The notes beneath the pieces were generated by a model. That model was not told the DNA's origin. It made no database searches and was given only the letters and a program-made list of their open reading frames with translations. From Octopus vulgaris (Eukaryota), in contig OX597830.1 in NCBI GenBank assembly GCA_951406725.2, forward strand, positions 27,962,001 through 28,026,000: 64,000 bases of DNA, in the 5' to 3' direction. Positions 14,809 to 28,840 of this stretch are shown here, one piece after another; positions within the stretch are counted from its first letter, which is position 1; every line of letters starts with the position of its first letter. Position numbers and translations under genes: made by a program.

Positions 14809-15113
14809 TAGGAAGAACCTTTTAATGCTAGCTGTTAATGGTGGTCACTGATGTTATAGTTCAGTTACACATGTTGTATCGTTCATCGTTATTGAAGCTA
14901 TGGTCCATGTGGTGTTGGTGACTCTGATTGCTGTGTGTTTGTGATCCTGGTTTCTGATTTAGTTTTAGATTCAGTGTCGACCGCTTAGTTTTACTTTTTT
15001 GTGACAGTAGTGAAAGATGCAGGATTGCCGACTGCCCTTGTTGTTGTTATTGATATTCTTTGCTTTGTTTTAAGGACAGTGTCGTTTCTGTTGTTATTAT
15101 TAAAGCGATTACT

Positions 15114-15330
15114 AAGGCGGCGAGCTGGCAGAATCGTTAGCACGCTGGACGAAACGTTTAGTGGTATTTCTCCCGTCGCTATGTTCTGAGTTCAAATTCC
15201 GCCGAGGTTGCCTTTGCCTTTTATCCTTTCGTGGTCGATAAATTAAGTACCAGTGAAACACTGGGGTCGAGGTAATGCACTAGTCCCCTCCTCGAAAATT
15301 TCAGACCGTGTGTCTTCAGTAGAATGAATT
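15114..15330 (+). mobile_element. Full-length family-A SINE (short tail)
   Basis: AAGGCGGCGAGCTGGCAGAATCGTTAGCACG...GTTCTGAGTTCAAATTCCGCCGAGG...GTCGATAAATTAAGTACCAG...AAATTTCAG. Confidence 0.88.
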
Positions 15331-16129
15331 ACTAAAGCGTCTACTAATGCGGCGAGATGGCAAAACCCCAAGCACACCGGACAAAAACTTACGATTGTAA
15401 AGACGTTGTTTCGATTTCAAGACAGAGTACAGCATTTAAAAAGATTTTTACAAAATATTTCATTTCACTTTGATCCAATCACCTCATATAAAAATCAGTA
15501 GCAAATACAACTGGAGATTAGATATGTGATAGATTGGACTCCCGTTTACCAAGAATTATTGTATCCAGGTTCCATTATGCACCATAGATACCTTGTGGAC
15601 CCAGGCTTGATGAACCTGAATGGTTATGACAGCTGCTCTTCTTAGTCAAAATATGAAGGGCAGTGTGTAGTATTATTTTCAGGGACAAGTGTCTATCTTT
15701 AAAATAGAGACTTAAAGATCGCTTCTGGCTTCAAGATAATTCCCCCAAATGTAACACTTTTCCTTGTGCTTTGGGCATTCTTTAGTTTAAGAGGAACACT
15801 TGCATTAAAATGCATATAAGGACGTTGTAATCAATGTCCTTATATCTGTTATAACACACAAAAACACACACTCGTATGAATATAATTCCTTTTAGAATGG
15901 TAGGTCTCGGAACACATAAAGCTATAAATATAACGTATAAATATTGGGTTCAAAAATTTATTGGATAGAAAAAACTGATAGCTGCCCGAGGGACACGAAC
16001 CTACACAAACTGTAAGTTCGAAAGATATTTTACCATTTGAATAAAGGTGTATTAATAGCTTTATGTGCTTCAAGATACATTGTTCCAAAGAAAAAAAAAG
16101 GATTATTTTACGTTTTCTGCTATAGTCAT

Positions 16130-16470
16130 ATGTCGACAAAAAAGTCTTCAGAGTGGATGTGGTAGCCGGAACCTGAAAGATGTGTGTGTGTGTGTGTGTG
16201 TATGTGTGTGTTTGCGTGTGCATGTGTGTGCGTGTGTGCATGTTTGTATGTGTGTATTTGTTCCCACCACTGGTTGACAACTTGTGATGATGTGTTTACG
16301 TCCCCATAACTTAGCGGTTCGGCAAACAAGACCGATATACATAAGTACCAAGCTTACCAACAAGAGTAAGTATCGGTGGAGGGGGAAGGTATCAATCCAT
16401 TCAACTAAAAATTCTTCAAGGGCGGTGTTCAAGCATGGCCGCAGTCTAATGCCTGAAACAAGCAAAAGAT
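16130..16470 (+). mobile_element. Family-B SINE, 5'-truncated
   Basis: TTTACGTCCCCATAACTTAGCGGTTCGGCAAA...GGCGGTGTTCAAGCATGGCCGCAGTCTAATGCCTGAAACAAG. Confidence 0.8.
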
Positions 16471-16794
16471 AATAGATAAGACACGTGTGTACTTCTTTGT
16501 CCATCGTCTGTCTCTCTCTCTGTTGTTGTTTGTTTGTTAGTTTCTCTCTCTCCCTCTCCCTCTCACTCACACACACGCGCACACACACACACGCGCACAC
16601 ACACACGCACACACACACACGCACACTCACATGCACACTCAAACGCACAAACACACATTACAAGTATACGCACAAAGCACAGACACCAGACACTTAATGT
16701 TAGATATAGGCAACAGAGGGAACATGTGCAATATAGCTATATATAGCTGTATATGATATATATATGTATATAAAATAAATAATATATAAATATA

Positions 16795-16859
<65 letters not shown>

Positions 16860-17409
16860 CCATACACAATATCAAAGCAAAAAGAAAACCACACAGAACC
16901 ATAGCATACATAAACTCACAAACATAAGACACAAACAGGTTTAGATGAAAGTATAACCTGAGTCACACATACCTACACACACACGCATACACACACGCAT
17001 ACACACACGCACACAGAGGCACAGAGCAAACACACCCGTTTCTTTCTTTCTTTCTCTCTCTCTCTCCCTCTCTCTCTGTATTCTCTCTTACACTCCTCCC
17101 CCCCCCCCCTTGGTAGTTCAGCTAACAGCATTGACCACATCTTCTATTATATATAAATCTCTCTCCACCATAAACCACCACCACCACTACCACCATCACC
17201 TAAAGATCAATAACCCTTCTTCTCTCCCCCCTCTCTATCTCTGTTTACCCCCTTTAATACTTATCTCTCTCTCTGTCTCTTCCTTCTTTTCTCTTCTCAT
17301 CCTTAACCACCTTGCCCAGCCCTTCTTTATCATATACACTTTTTGTTTCTTTGTGTGTTGTATTATTTTTAATGTATTTGTTGTTAGTTTATTTTTGGTT
17401 GTTTTGATT

Positions 17410-17417
17410 AATTATTA

Positions 17418-17448
<31 letters not shown>

Positions 17449-17474
17449 CATCATTATTATTATCATTATTATTA

Positions 17475-17505
<31 letters not shown>

Positions 17506-17619
17506 CATCATTATTATTATCATTATTATTATTATCATTATTATTATTATTTTTATTATTATTATTATTATCATTATTATTATTATCATTATTATTATTA
17601 TCATTATTATTATTATTAC

Positions 17620-17685
<66 letters not shown>

Positions 17686-17705
17686 TATTATTATTATTAT
17701 TATTA

Positions 17706-17763
<58 letters not shown>

Positions 17764-17783
17764 TATTATTATTATTATTATTT
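17410..17783. repeat. (ATT)n microsatellite
   Basis: About 370 bp of ATT with ATC/ACT interruptions. Confidence 0.97.
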
Positions 17784-17894
17784 TGGTTGTTGTTGTTGTT
17801 GCTGTTGTTATTTGTTTGTTTGTGCCTCCGCCTTTCTCTCATAATTTTGCCCTTTATGTGTCATGACGACGGACGAAAAGGCGAAGGTGAATGT

Positions 17895-19075
17895 TTGATG
17901 ATGATTGCGACGACGACGACGATGATGGCAATGATGATAACAACAAAGATGACGACGACAAAAATGATTATGATGATGATGACGATGATTATGATGACAA
18001 TGACGATGATGATGATCATGATGATGATCATGATGATGACGAGGATGACGACGATGATCATGATGATGATGGTGATGATGACGAAGGCGATGACGATGAT
18101 GATGATGATGATCATCATGATAATGATGATGACTATGATGACGATGTTGATAACGATGATGATGATGATGACGACGACGAAGGCGATGACGATGATGATG
18201 ATAATGACGATGATGATGATAGTGATGGTGATGACGGTGATAATGATGATGATGATGAGAATATTGGCTTTTTGCTGTCGTTATTGTCATTGTTGTTTTT
18301 CTGTAGCCCCAGGTTATCCTTGATCAAGCAGGCTTACGATCAAAAGCGTTCCTTATTTGACCACATCATAGTTATATTGTACAATATATCCGTTTTCTTT
18401 TTATCTATTTTTTGTTTTTTTTGGTTAAGACGGTAGAGTGTGATTCAATGGAAATGTTGGCTGTTATTTCTTGCAGACAGTTTGGCCATATATAGGTTTC
18501 TTAGTTGGTTTATGGTAGTGATCATGTTGGTTGTTGTGATAACTGCAGTGGTAGTGATGATGGTAATGAAGATGGCGACGTAGACGGCCGCTGTGGTAGT
18601 GCAGGTGAGATTTTGCGATGACTGTGACGGTGGTTGCGGTGACGATTGGGGTGCGTTGGGAGTGATAATGATGATGATGATGATGGTGGTGGTGGTGATG
18701 ATGATGAGGAGGAGGAGGAGGAGAAAGATGATGACGATCATGATGCTCACGATGATGACGGTGATGGTGATAATGAAAATATAATGAGGATGGTAATGAA
18801 GATGGTGATGACGGTAGATCTGATGACGACAATGATGATGATGATGGTGGATATAATGATGATGATGATGATAACGATGACACCGACACCGCCGACGGTA
18901 ATGACGACAATGATAGAACCGGTATGATTGATGACTGATGATTGATGATGATAATGAGGAGCAGGAGGTAGAAGAGAAAGAGTAGGAGGATGACGACGAT
19001 GCCGACCACGCCACCTACATCGGCAAACACGACAACGCCAGCGACGATGGCGATGACGATGCCGATGATGACCTA
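17895..19075. repeat. Degenerate (GAT/GAC)n low-complexity field interrupted by a family-E repeat (about 18295-18500)
   Basis: Direct reading; TAGCCCCAGGTTATCCTTGATCAAGCAGGC marks the family-E copy. Confidence 0.9.
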
Positions 19076-19814
19076 AGACGATGGAGAATGAAGTGACGGG
19101 CGGAAGACGTGTGTGTGTGTGGCTGGCGGTTGTTTTGTTGGTAAGTGTAAGAGAAAGAATAAGATAGATAAATAGGTAGATAGATAGATAGATAGATAAC
19201 TAGATAGAGAGAGAGAGAGAGAGGGGGAGAGAGAGAGAGTTGCAGGAGTAGGGGCAGTGGCGAGTCTGGACGGCATTGGTTGCGATGCTTATAAAGTTCC
19301 CAATGGTGATGGAATTTTTCTTCCTTCTATCAACTGCTTCAAGCATACCTCTCACCGTACCGTCCACCCACTTCCGCCATCCCCCATTCACCTCTAAAAC
19401 TATTTCTCAGCAGCACCATTCCATATTCTTCCTCTCTCCCTCCTCTTCTCTATTCCCGTTGATCCTTACCATACAGACACCAATCGATAACCGAGATTTT
19501 TTTTTCGTCTTCATTTGCTGTTTTTGCCATCTTTTTTGTTGTTCTTCTTATTTTTGTACTTATAGTTGTTGTTGTTGTTGCTGCTGCTGCTGTTGTTATT
19601 GTCGATGGCCTCAGACTCTTTATTCTTTCTCTTACCTACTAACACTTCTACTTCAGACAGACAGGCAGAGAGTCAGACGGACAGATTATCAAACCTTCAC
19701 GTACGAATCCATTATTTCGCTACCTTCTGCGAACTTTTCAACCTCACAAGCCATTTCTTTTGTGAGACCCTGTCATTGGCTTCCCTGAATTTTACCATAT
19801 CATATATTGTGTAA

Positions 19815-19816
<2 letters not shown>

Positions 19817-19905
<89 letters not shown>
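19817..19905. repeat. (TATC)n microsatellite
   Basis: Direct reading; similar tracts at 22731-22830, 39380-39552, 44928-45027 and 49977-50050. Confidence 0.97.
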
Positions 19906-19906
<1 letters not shown>

Positions 19907-20418
19907 CGTCTGTCTGTCTGTTTGTCTTTCTATGCCTGTCTCTCTATTAATCTTCCATATATATATATATTTACTTACCTACCTACCTACATACCAATCT
20001 TTTTAAACCTGGATAACGAGGCCACAGAAGAAACGCAATCTAATAATTTCTGCACGTGCAGAAATAAAAGAAAGTGAGAGCGATTCACATAAGCGCACAC
20101 ATATACACACACACAAACATACACACACACACACACACACACTCACACACACACACACACTCACACAACATACATTCATACATACATACATATATAGATT
20201 TATATCCAGTGGTCTGTCTGGTTATGACCAGAGCAAAATGACTCTATGAAAGTAGAAGTAACTGTTTTGGTGGTTCACTTTTACTCAACTGATTAATGGG
20301 ACGATCCATTAAACAAACCGATCAATAACGAATTTAAAATGCCACCTGAAACAGCTGTAAGTCAAAATTACTAAAATGAAGAAATATGTAATGTCTACTG
20401 TTTATGCATTATCTTGTG

Positions 20419-20465
<47 letters not shown>

Positions 20466-20494
20466 TTGCAAGTGTGTTCTTTTATTCTATTATT

Positions 20495-20620
20495 TTGCTT
20501 GTTTCAATCATTTGACTGCGGCCATCCTGGAGCACCGCCTTGAAGGGTTTTTGCCGAGCAAATCTACCCCATGACTTATACTCTGTAAGCCAAGTACTGA
20601 TTCTATCGGTTTCTATTAGA
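20495..20620 (-). mobile_element. Family-B SINE 3' tail
   Basis: CTTGTTTCAATCATTTGACTGCGGCCATCCTGGAGCACCGCC is the reverse complement of the family-B tail. Confidence 0.8.
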
Positions 20621-20982
20621 GTCTCGGCGAGTTACACTTGTGACTGTTGAAAAGTGGCTGGCCCCAAAACTTTGACCTAAGAAATTCAATTTCTCAGGGC
20701 GTGAGAATGCGATCGATAATGCGATCGTTTTTCTTTGGAATACAAAAAAAGCCTATCTTTCTTTCTTCTTTTGCTGGTGTCTCAAATTTAGGTTAAATCA
20801 GTGATTCTCAAAGGGGTGGCCTATGGGATTGTGTGACAAGTTGTTTTGAGAAAATTTGGTTTAAATGTTTGACAACTCAGCACCGTCCATTGGACGAGGG
20901 GCGTTTTGCTCGTATGCATATATACATGCTTATATATACATACCTACATATATATATATATATGTATATATACACGCATATA

Positions 20983-21095
20983 TGGGTACAGGACATCAAA
21001 ATACGTTGAACACAATGAGAAACAAAAACATAAAAACAAAAGCATTGAAAACGAACTTTTTTTCGAACAACGAAAAAAAACCAGAGAAACGAGAC

Positions 21096-21098
<3 letters not shown>
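20983..21098. mobile_element. Probable Penelope-like terminal fragment inside a (TA)/(TATG) microsatellite
   Basis: Unique A-rich island GGGTACAGGACATC...GAAACGAGAC with sharp microsatellite boundaries; family assignment is from recognition only. Confidence 0.3.
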
Positions 21099-21128
<30 letters not shown>

Positions 21129-22410
21129 TGTATGTATGTATGTATGTATGTATGTATGTATGTATGTATGTATATATAAAATTCACTCGCAAAGTATTGG
21201 CTTGTCTGGAGCTGTAATAAGAGACTTTCAACCAAGGTGCTGTGCAGTAGGACTGAACCAGAAACCATATGATTGCAATGCGAGCTATTTAACCTCTGCA
21301 ACGACTGCGTGTCCGAACAGACTACATCTCATACACTGCTGCTACAAACGATCATTGATTAGTCTTCTAAAGTAATATTATTGAAATACATAAATATATA
21401 CAATTTAAATGCATACCTAAAAAAAAAAAATTCTACTAGTTTAGGATTCTTGCAATGGGGCCAGACATGGCTATCACTATCAAGTGTTTATACATCTATA
21501 TAAATAAGAGTACTTTGCTTTCTACTTATTTACTCTATCTCAGATGCGATAGGCGAAATGTTAACTTGGATGAGAGTTGAAAGCAGAACATGAAGAGAGA
21601 GGAAACCAATGACGGTGCTATTTGCGAGAAAAACAGAAAAAGAAGCAAAACAATAATGTTTACGATGTTTACATTTGTCCGTGAATATTAGGTTGCACAT
21701 CACACGGATGGCTGACATTTGTGACGCTTATCGCAACACTTAGGTTTATGCTACGTGCACCTTTTACCAGTACTTGAGACCTACCTACTTACCTACACAC
21801 CTACCTGCCTACATACCTACCTACCTACCTACCTACCTACCTACCTACCTACCTGCCTACCTACCTGCCTACCTACTTATCTGTCTATCTATCTATCTAT
21901 CTATCTATCTGCATGTATAAATATACATGTGTGTGTGTGTGTGTGTGTATACACGTATACATGTATATATATATACATATATACATGTATACGTGGAATG
22001 GCAGAGGAGGATGGCGAATGAGCATACGGAAAAAAAGGAAAACTTGCAAAGGAGGTGTGCACACTCGATCCTCATCATTTATCAACCCAGAACCATTACA
22101 ATTTCGACGCCTTATCGATAAAAAATGTTCTATTTTGTGGCTTGAAGTGCAAAATGGGTAGAATAAGATACGTACAGAAGAAAAAGATGGAGTCGCTATA
22201 GTGAAAAGCAAAAAGAACGAGATATGAGGAAAGCAGAAAAATATGTAAAAGGAAAATGCATTGACAGTAACGAAAAAATAAGACATATAATAAACGACAC
22301 AATTATTTGCATAGATAGAACACCCCTCGGCTATAGATCAGAATTAAGACATCTGTTGTATGTGTGCGTGTGTATGTGAGTGGGGATGTATGTATGGATA
22401 TATGCATACG

Positions 22411-22631
22411 TTGTATCATGGGAGGGTCATTTGTTACAAATGAGCAAATATGGCTGGGAAACAAATTGCGTCTTAAAGAACTGCTCTAGCTGATGCATCA
22501 CAATACTAATAAATCAATCAATTAGTTGTTGTAATAATTACGCAAATAATTGAGTTGTAACGATAAAATGTGTGAAACAGAGGAGGTGCGTATACCTATT
22601 TATTTGACAAAATGACCCTCCCAAGATACAA
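22411..22631. mobile_element. MITE-like element with about 25-bp terminal inverted repeats
   Basis: TTGTATCATGGGAGGGTCATTTGT ... ACAAAATGACCCTCCCAAGATACAA; non-coding AT-rich interior; no clear TSD. Confidence 0.75.
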
Positions 22632-22729
22632 AGACATTTGTTACTTGACACGTTTTCTCTTCAGGAATCTTGCAAAGCAAATTAACAAACGATTTATATA
22701 CGTGCGGTGCGTGTTAGTTGTGTATGTGA

Positions 22730-22818
<89 letters not shown>

Positions 22819-22854
22819 CCTATCTATCTACACACACGCACGAACACACATACA

Positions 22855-22914
<60 letters not shown>

Positions 22915-22915
<1 letters not shown>

Positions 22916-23088
22916 GGCACAGGCGTGGTTGTTGGTGCCAAGCTTGCTTCCCAACCACACGGTTCAGTGTTCAGTTTCACTACGTGGCACCTTGGGCAAG
23001 TGTCTTCTGCTACAGTCCCAGGTCGATCAAAATCTCCTGAGTGTATTTGGTAGACGAAAGCTGAAAGAAGCCCGTCATATACATGTGT

Positions 23089-23148
<60 letters not shown>

Positions 23149-23350
23149 ATTTCTGTGTCTCTGTTTGTCCCCTCACGATCACTTGACAACTCAACCGATG
23201 TTGGTGTATTTACGTCCCGGTTGCTTAGCACTTCGGCAAAAGATTCTCATAGGATAAATACTAGGCTTACAAAGGAAGAATCCTTGGGCAGATTTGCTCG
23301 ACTAAAGCGGGTGTTGTAGCATGGCCACAGTCAACTGACTGAAACAAGAG
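22915..23350 (+). mobile_element. Full-length family-B SINE
   Basis: AGGCACAGGCGTGG head, CACCTTGGGCAAGTGTCTTCT core, internal (TG)n, GCATGGCCACAGTCAACTGACTGAAACAAG tail. Confidence 0.87.
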
Positions 23351-23681
23351 AATAATATATATTTATCTATCATGTATTTCTATCTATGTATTTCTGTCTT
23401 CATCTTTTACATACATACATATATATATATGTATATATATATATATGCATGCATGTATGCATGTATGTATGTATGTATGTATTTATGTATGTATGTATAA
23501 GTATATATATCTATGTATATATATATATATATATACATATACGCTTACATACATACACACGTATATATATATACACACACACTTACATATACACACACGG
23601 GTGTGTATATATATGTATTTATGTATGTACATACATATTAATATACATATATACACATGCTTTTATACGCATATACACATA

Positions 23682-23732
<51 letters not shown>

Positions 23733-24906
23733 GCGTGTGTGTGTTTGTATATGTGTGTACATATGTGCACGTGTGTGTTTCACCGTATCATTTTATAAGG
23801 TGACTACGTGTACACATAATGTGAACAAGAACAAACAGCGCCCGTAATTTTTTTCATTACCTTTTCTTTTCCTTTTGGTCTTTCTCTGCTTCTTACAAAG
23901 AACAGTTTTTTTAGCCAATATAACAACCAGCAAAAATTTCTCTGAGTCCTTAACCATTCCTTCACTTTTTTTTTGTTTTTTGCCTTTCTGTTTTCTAATT
24001 CCCTCTTGAGTATTCCAACACCAATATTTTTGTTTTTATTACCTGTCGTTGTCATTTCGACTCTTTCTATTTTCTCACCTTTACTCCTTACTTTTCCTTT
24101 TATCACATTCCTTTTATTCTTTCTTAGAATGCCGCTTTTCCTTATCTTTCTGTTCTCCCTCTCTGACCTCATATTCATTCTCTTTTTTTCTTCCCTATTC
24201 TTTCCCTCCATTTCTTCCCCCATCTCTCTCTCTCTCTGTTTCTCTATATCTTTGCCTCTCTCTCTCTGTCTGCACCCCCTCTCTCATCATCTCCCTTTTT
24301 CCGTCTAACTTTTTCACTTTCCCCATACAAATTCTTCTTGTACTCCTGTTTCCTTCAAAGACCATATCTGTCTCCTTACTTAACTTGATAAGTGTATATT
24401 CAAATAATATACAATTCATCGTGCTTAAGAATGTTTTCACTGCTTACTCCCTCTCTTCCAAGTTATCATGAAACCTATCGCTTTTCTTTTGAAGGGTGTG
24501 ATACGGGTATGAAAATAAAAATTTATTTACAAACATCTTCAGCTACAGAAATGAGTAAAGATTTAAAAAGTACATGTATACAAGTGGGAATCAAAACTGG
24601 GTCGTAAATAAAATGTTCACACAGTATTTCAATTTAATATCTTTATTCACTTGTATTTCACAACTCAACGCTCTAACTATATGTAGCACATGGGTTCTTC
24701 TCTCTGCGTCGACAGCTCTGGTCCACACATTTAATTTCAAACGTGACATTTGCGTTTAACTACGATGTCTTGTTATAAAAGAGAAAAGAAAAGAGTGTGG
24801 AGCTTCTCGTCAAGATATATCGATCCCTGCAAATAACTAAAAACAACTAAATAAATAACTAAATACTATAAAGACCAACATCATGCAATATGGCAAATAG
24901 TAGCCT

Positions 24907-25288
24907 GTTTCTTATTTCTTTATTACCCACAAGGGGCAACAAAGACGAAATACCTATTTCTTAACTAGTACTTAATTTATCGACTCCGAAAGGATGAAAG
25001 GCAAAGGCGACCTCGGCGGAATTTGAACTCAGAACGTAACGGCAGACGAAATACCTATTTCGCTATTACCCACGAGGGGCTAAACATAGAGAGGACAAAC
25101 AAGGACAGACAAACGGATTAAGTCGATTATATCGACCCCAGTGCGTGACTGGTACTTATTTAATCGACCCCGAAAGAATGAATGGCAAAGTCGACTTCGG
25201 CGGAATTTGAACTCAGAACGTAACGGCAGACGAAATACGGCTACGCATTTCGCCCGGCGTGCTAACGTTTCTGCCAGCTCACCGCCTT
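24907..25288 (-). mobile_element. Composite head-to-tail family-A SINE (long-tail copy plus partial units)
   Basis: Full copy 25288-25056, restart at GGTATTTCGTC, and a second restart at about 24954. Confidence 0.88.
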
Positions 25289-26210
25289 AGCATCCTGTTT
25301 CTATTAACCATTTTATCTGCGGCAGATGCGTTCTCAGTAAAGTAATGCATTTTCTGAGATTGAAGGATGTCACAGATTTAGTAACACCTGCTTAAATTCT
25401 ATAAAGCCATTGCCTTTAATCACTTTTATTTGTCGGAATTATAAACGAATATATATATATCGGAAAGTTTCGTTTTGTTAAAATGTTCTTTGTTTTCCCT
25501 GCCATACGAAAGTGAAGATAATGTTCTATACATATTCTCTAGATGTGTTAGAAAATGAAGCCAAATTTCTGTCGGTCAAGTCACACACAAACATCTCGAA
25601 AAATGAGATACAAATTGAAAGAAGTGCTAAATATATTGTTATCTCGGAAAATAACATTGGTCATGGCTAAGATTTTTTGTAACAAAGACCTCTTCCATGA
25701 AGCTGATTTGGGACTAAACATCATCGTCATCGTCATCATCATCGTCGTCGTCGTCATCATCATCACCAAGAAGTAGAAGAACAACAACAACATCATCAAC
25801 ATCAATAGTTTCAACATCCTCTATCTCCATCATGAATATCTTAGTTGGCAGGCACCCTGTAAATTAATCGGGAAAGCGATCAGCCTGGAAGCGATAGACA
25901 GTTTTGTGGCTTTAAACATTGTTTTGGCTAGAGGTGATCAGAGGATGAAGTAATAACGCGACACATTTAACACTTCCTGGCTAATTAGTTGCAAACCCTT
26001 ACGTTACGGGCTCTAATCCAACCGAAGTTGGTCGAATTTAACATTCCCTTTATCAGGTTTGATTAAAGTAATTTTGCATTTTACCAACTGCAGGTATAGT
26101 TTGAGAGATTTGAATTCGGCTTCTGATTAATCTTGCAACCAAATAAAGACCAGCTTGCTATGTCAGTGGTGCTGAATGTAGTATTAGTTGCAAAATGAAT
26201 GGAGTTAAAT

Positions 26211-26625
26211 AAAGGCAGCGAGCTGGCAGGATCGTTAGCACTCCGTGCAAAACGCACAGCAGCGTTTCGTCTATCTGTACGTTCTGAGTTCAAATTCAGT
26301 CGAGGTCGATTTAGCCTTTCATATTTTCAAGGTCGATGGAATATGAGTGCCAGTTGAGCACTGGAATCGATGTAATCGACTGGACTCCTTCCTGGTACTT
26401 AAAGCAGAAAAAAATACAAGTGGAGTAAAGGCTGGCACGCCGGGAAATGCGTAGCAGCATTTCGTCCGTCTTCACGTTCTGAGTTCAAAAGTCCGCCGAG
26501 GTCAACTTTGCCGTTCATCCCGTCGGATTCGATACTATTTAGTTCCAGTTTTCGCACTGCAGTCGATGTAATCAGCTTATTCCCACCCTGAACTTGCTAA
26601 GTTTATGCCAAATTTTGGAACTAAT
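26211..26625 (+). mobile_element. Two tandem family-A SINEs
   Basis: AAAGGCAGCGAGCTGGCAG...GTTCTGAGTTCAAAT (26211-26410) and a second copy at 26428-26625. Confidence 0.8.
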
Positions 26626-27811
26626 ATTAGTGGAGTTATAGTTGGTGTAGTTTAACTAAAGATCAACTCTGAATTAGCGGAAATGTGATTAATTTTTCCG
26701 GCCGTGAGAGTCCCAAATATTGAGGTATATCTATGACTACTTTCTATTGTAGTTGCAGGTAAGACTGTCCGATTAAGATGTAAGCTTAGTATTAGATTTT
26801 AATATACGCCGGAATCATTTCAGCAATTGTATGTGAATATTCTTTTTGACCAGGCGACTGTATGAATTCCAACATTTGATTCCGACAATTACTAAAATGT
26901 TTAGATGATAATCACAACAGAATCCAAATGTTGTTGTCCGTACCAGCTTAATTTTCCGAAGAATATTCGCTTAAATCGCTTCACACCATTTGAAAAATTG
27001 ATATAACACACACACTCACATATGTAGCTACACACACACACACAATGCATACTTAGTCATACACACCACACTCACAGGTCTATGTGTTGCTTATCTGTCG
27101 TCGATTTCGATATTTGAGCGACGCACTATTTGTTCTATTAAATGGATGACCTACTCATTGAATTTGCCTATTACACAGTGTACCCATGGCAATGTCCATA
27201 TCATCCCATTTCATAAAATACAAACCAGCTGAAAATTTCTTAACAGAATATATCTAGCACCAACATTAGCATTGTCCACATTTTGACTTAGGCTGTCTTA
27301 CAAATCAAACCAGGGTTAGCTATAAATATTCTTGTAAGAATCACAGCACACAACACTGCCCTATAACCGTTAGCAAATCTATATATACAAAGAAGCTTGA
27401 TTAGTCATAAGAAGACATTTAACGAACACAAATTGTGGCATGATTATGACGCATGTGATGTATAAACACCTATAAAAGTTTACTCCTGAAGTTCTACTTT
27501 ACATACATGCTTAATGGAATCCAGACAATAACAAACTTCATTTATCAAACCAGAAAAACTGTCTCCACCCATACCCTATAAACATACACATTATATCTCA
27601 CAGCCCTGAACAACCACTTTTCTTATCTGCTTATCTTCAATCCGCCCATAAAAGAACACTCTGCTAACAAGACTACATATAATGATTGATAACCAAACGA
27701 AACCACAGTCTGATGTAGGCTAATAATGTGAGGCTTCGAAGTCATTGTCAACTCTTTACTTTGTAAAAAAAAATCACGTACGTGAGTATGCGTGTGTGTG
27801 CATATATGTAT

Positions 27812-27848
<37 letters not shown>

Positions 27849-28356
27849 AACATGTATATACATATACATATACACAGACATACACACACGCATATATATA
27901 TATATATACATATGTACACACACATATATATATATATATACGCATATATATACACACACATATATATACGTATATATATATATATACACACACATATATA
28001 TATTATATATATATAGATATAGATAGATAGATAGATAGATAGATACAAACATACATACATACATGCATACATACATGTATGAATGCATTTTTATGCATGT
28101 GTATGCATGCATATTTGTATGTACGTCTATGGCATTTTGGCATTTCTTGCATGAATGCATAATTAAGATATATAAATGAATGCAAATCACAAATCCGATT
28201 TCAAAATAAATCTTGCATTTTTGCGAGAGACAGCTGGAACCAGAGTGCATACAAGCTTTGTGAGCCCTATTTCAATTATATATTTTTGATTTTTATAATT
28301 GCTTGATCTGGCTTAAGTACCAGGAGTCGCCGTTTCATACTTACATGCATACATAC

Positions 28357-28392
<36 letters not shown>

Positions 28393-28405
28393 CTCTCTCT
28401 CTATA

Positions 28406-28456
<51 letters not shown>

Positions 28457-28781
28457 ACATATATACATATGTATGTATGTATGTGCTCACACGTAACCCA
28501 ATATGTACGTATCTACGCATTCGTGTTTATATGTATTTATCTCTGCCATAGTTGCGTATTTATGAATAAAAATTTGGTTTTAATCGATGATAAAAAAAAA
28601 AATAGAATGCTACGTAGAATCAAAGGAAGTTTCTTTCTATCTTGTATTCTTCAAATTTTACTGCAGACTTAACTCATCACTTTTTCCACCATGTTCTTCG
28701 CCCTCGCACACACACACACACACACACACACCTTATCTTCCTATTATTTTTATCTACATGCCCTGAATTCTTCCCTCGTTT

Positions 28782-28840
<59 letters not shown>

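Noticed and set aside
17110-18436. Poly-Tyr/Asn/Asp ORFs
   Set aside because: Artefacts of (ATT)n and (GAT)n microsatellites
19610-19660. TACTAAC plus pyrimidines plus CAG (+) overlapping AG|GTAAG (-)
   Set aside because: Isolated splice-like signals with no supportable exon; such motifs are expected occasionally in 64 kb
20799-20830. CAGTGATTCTCAAA hAT-MITE-like terminus (also about 32745-32823)
   Set aside because: No matching second terminus or 8-bp TSD could be confirmed
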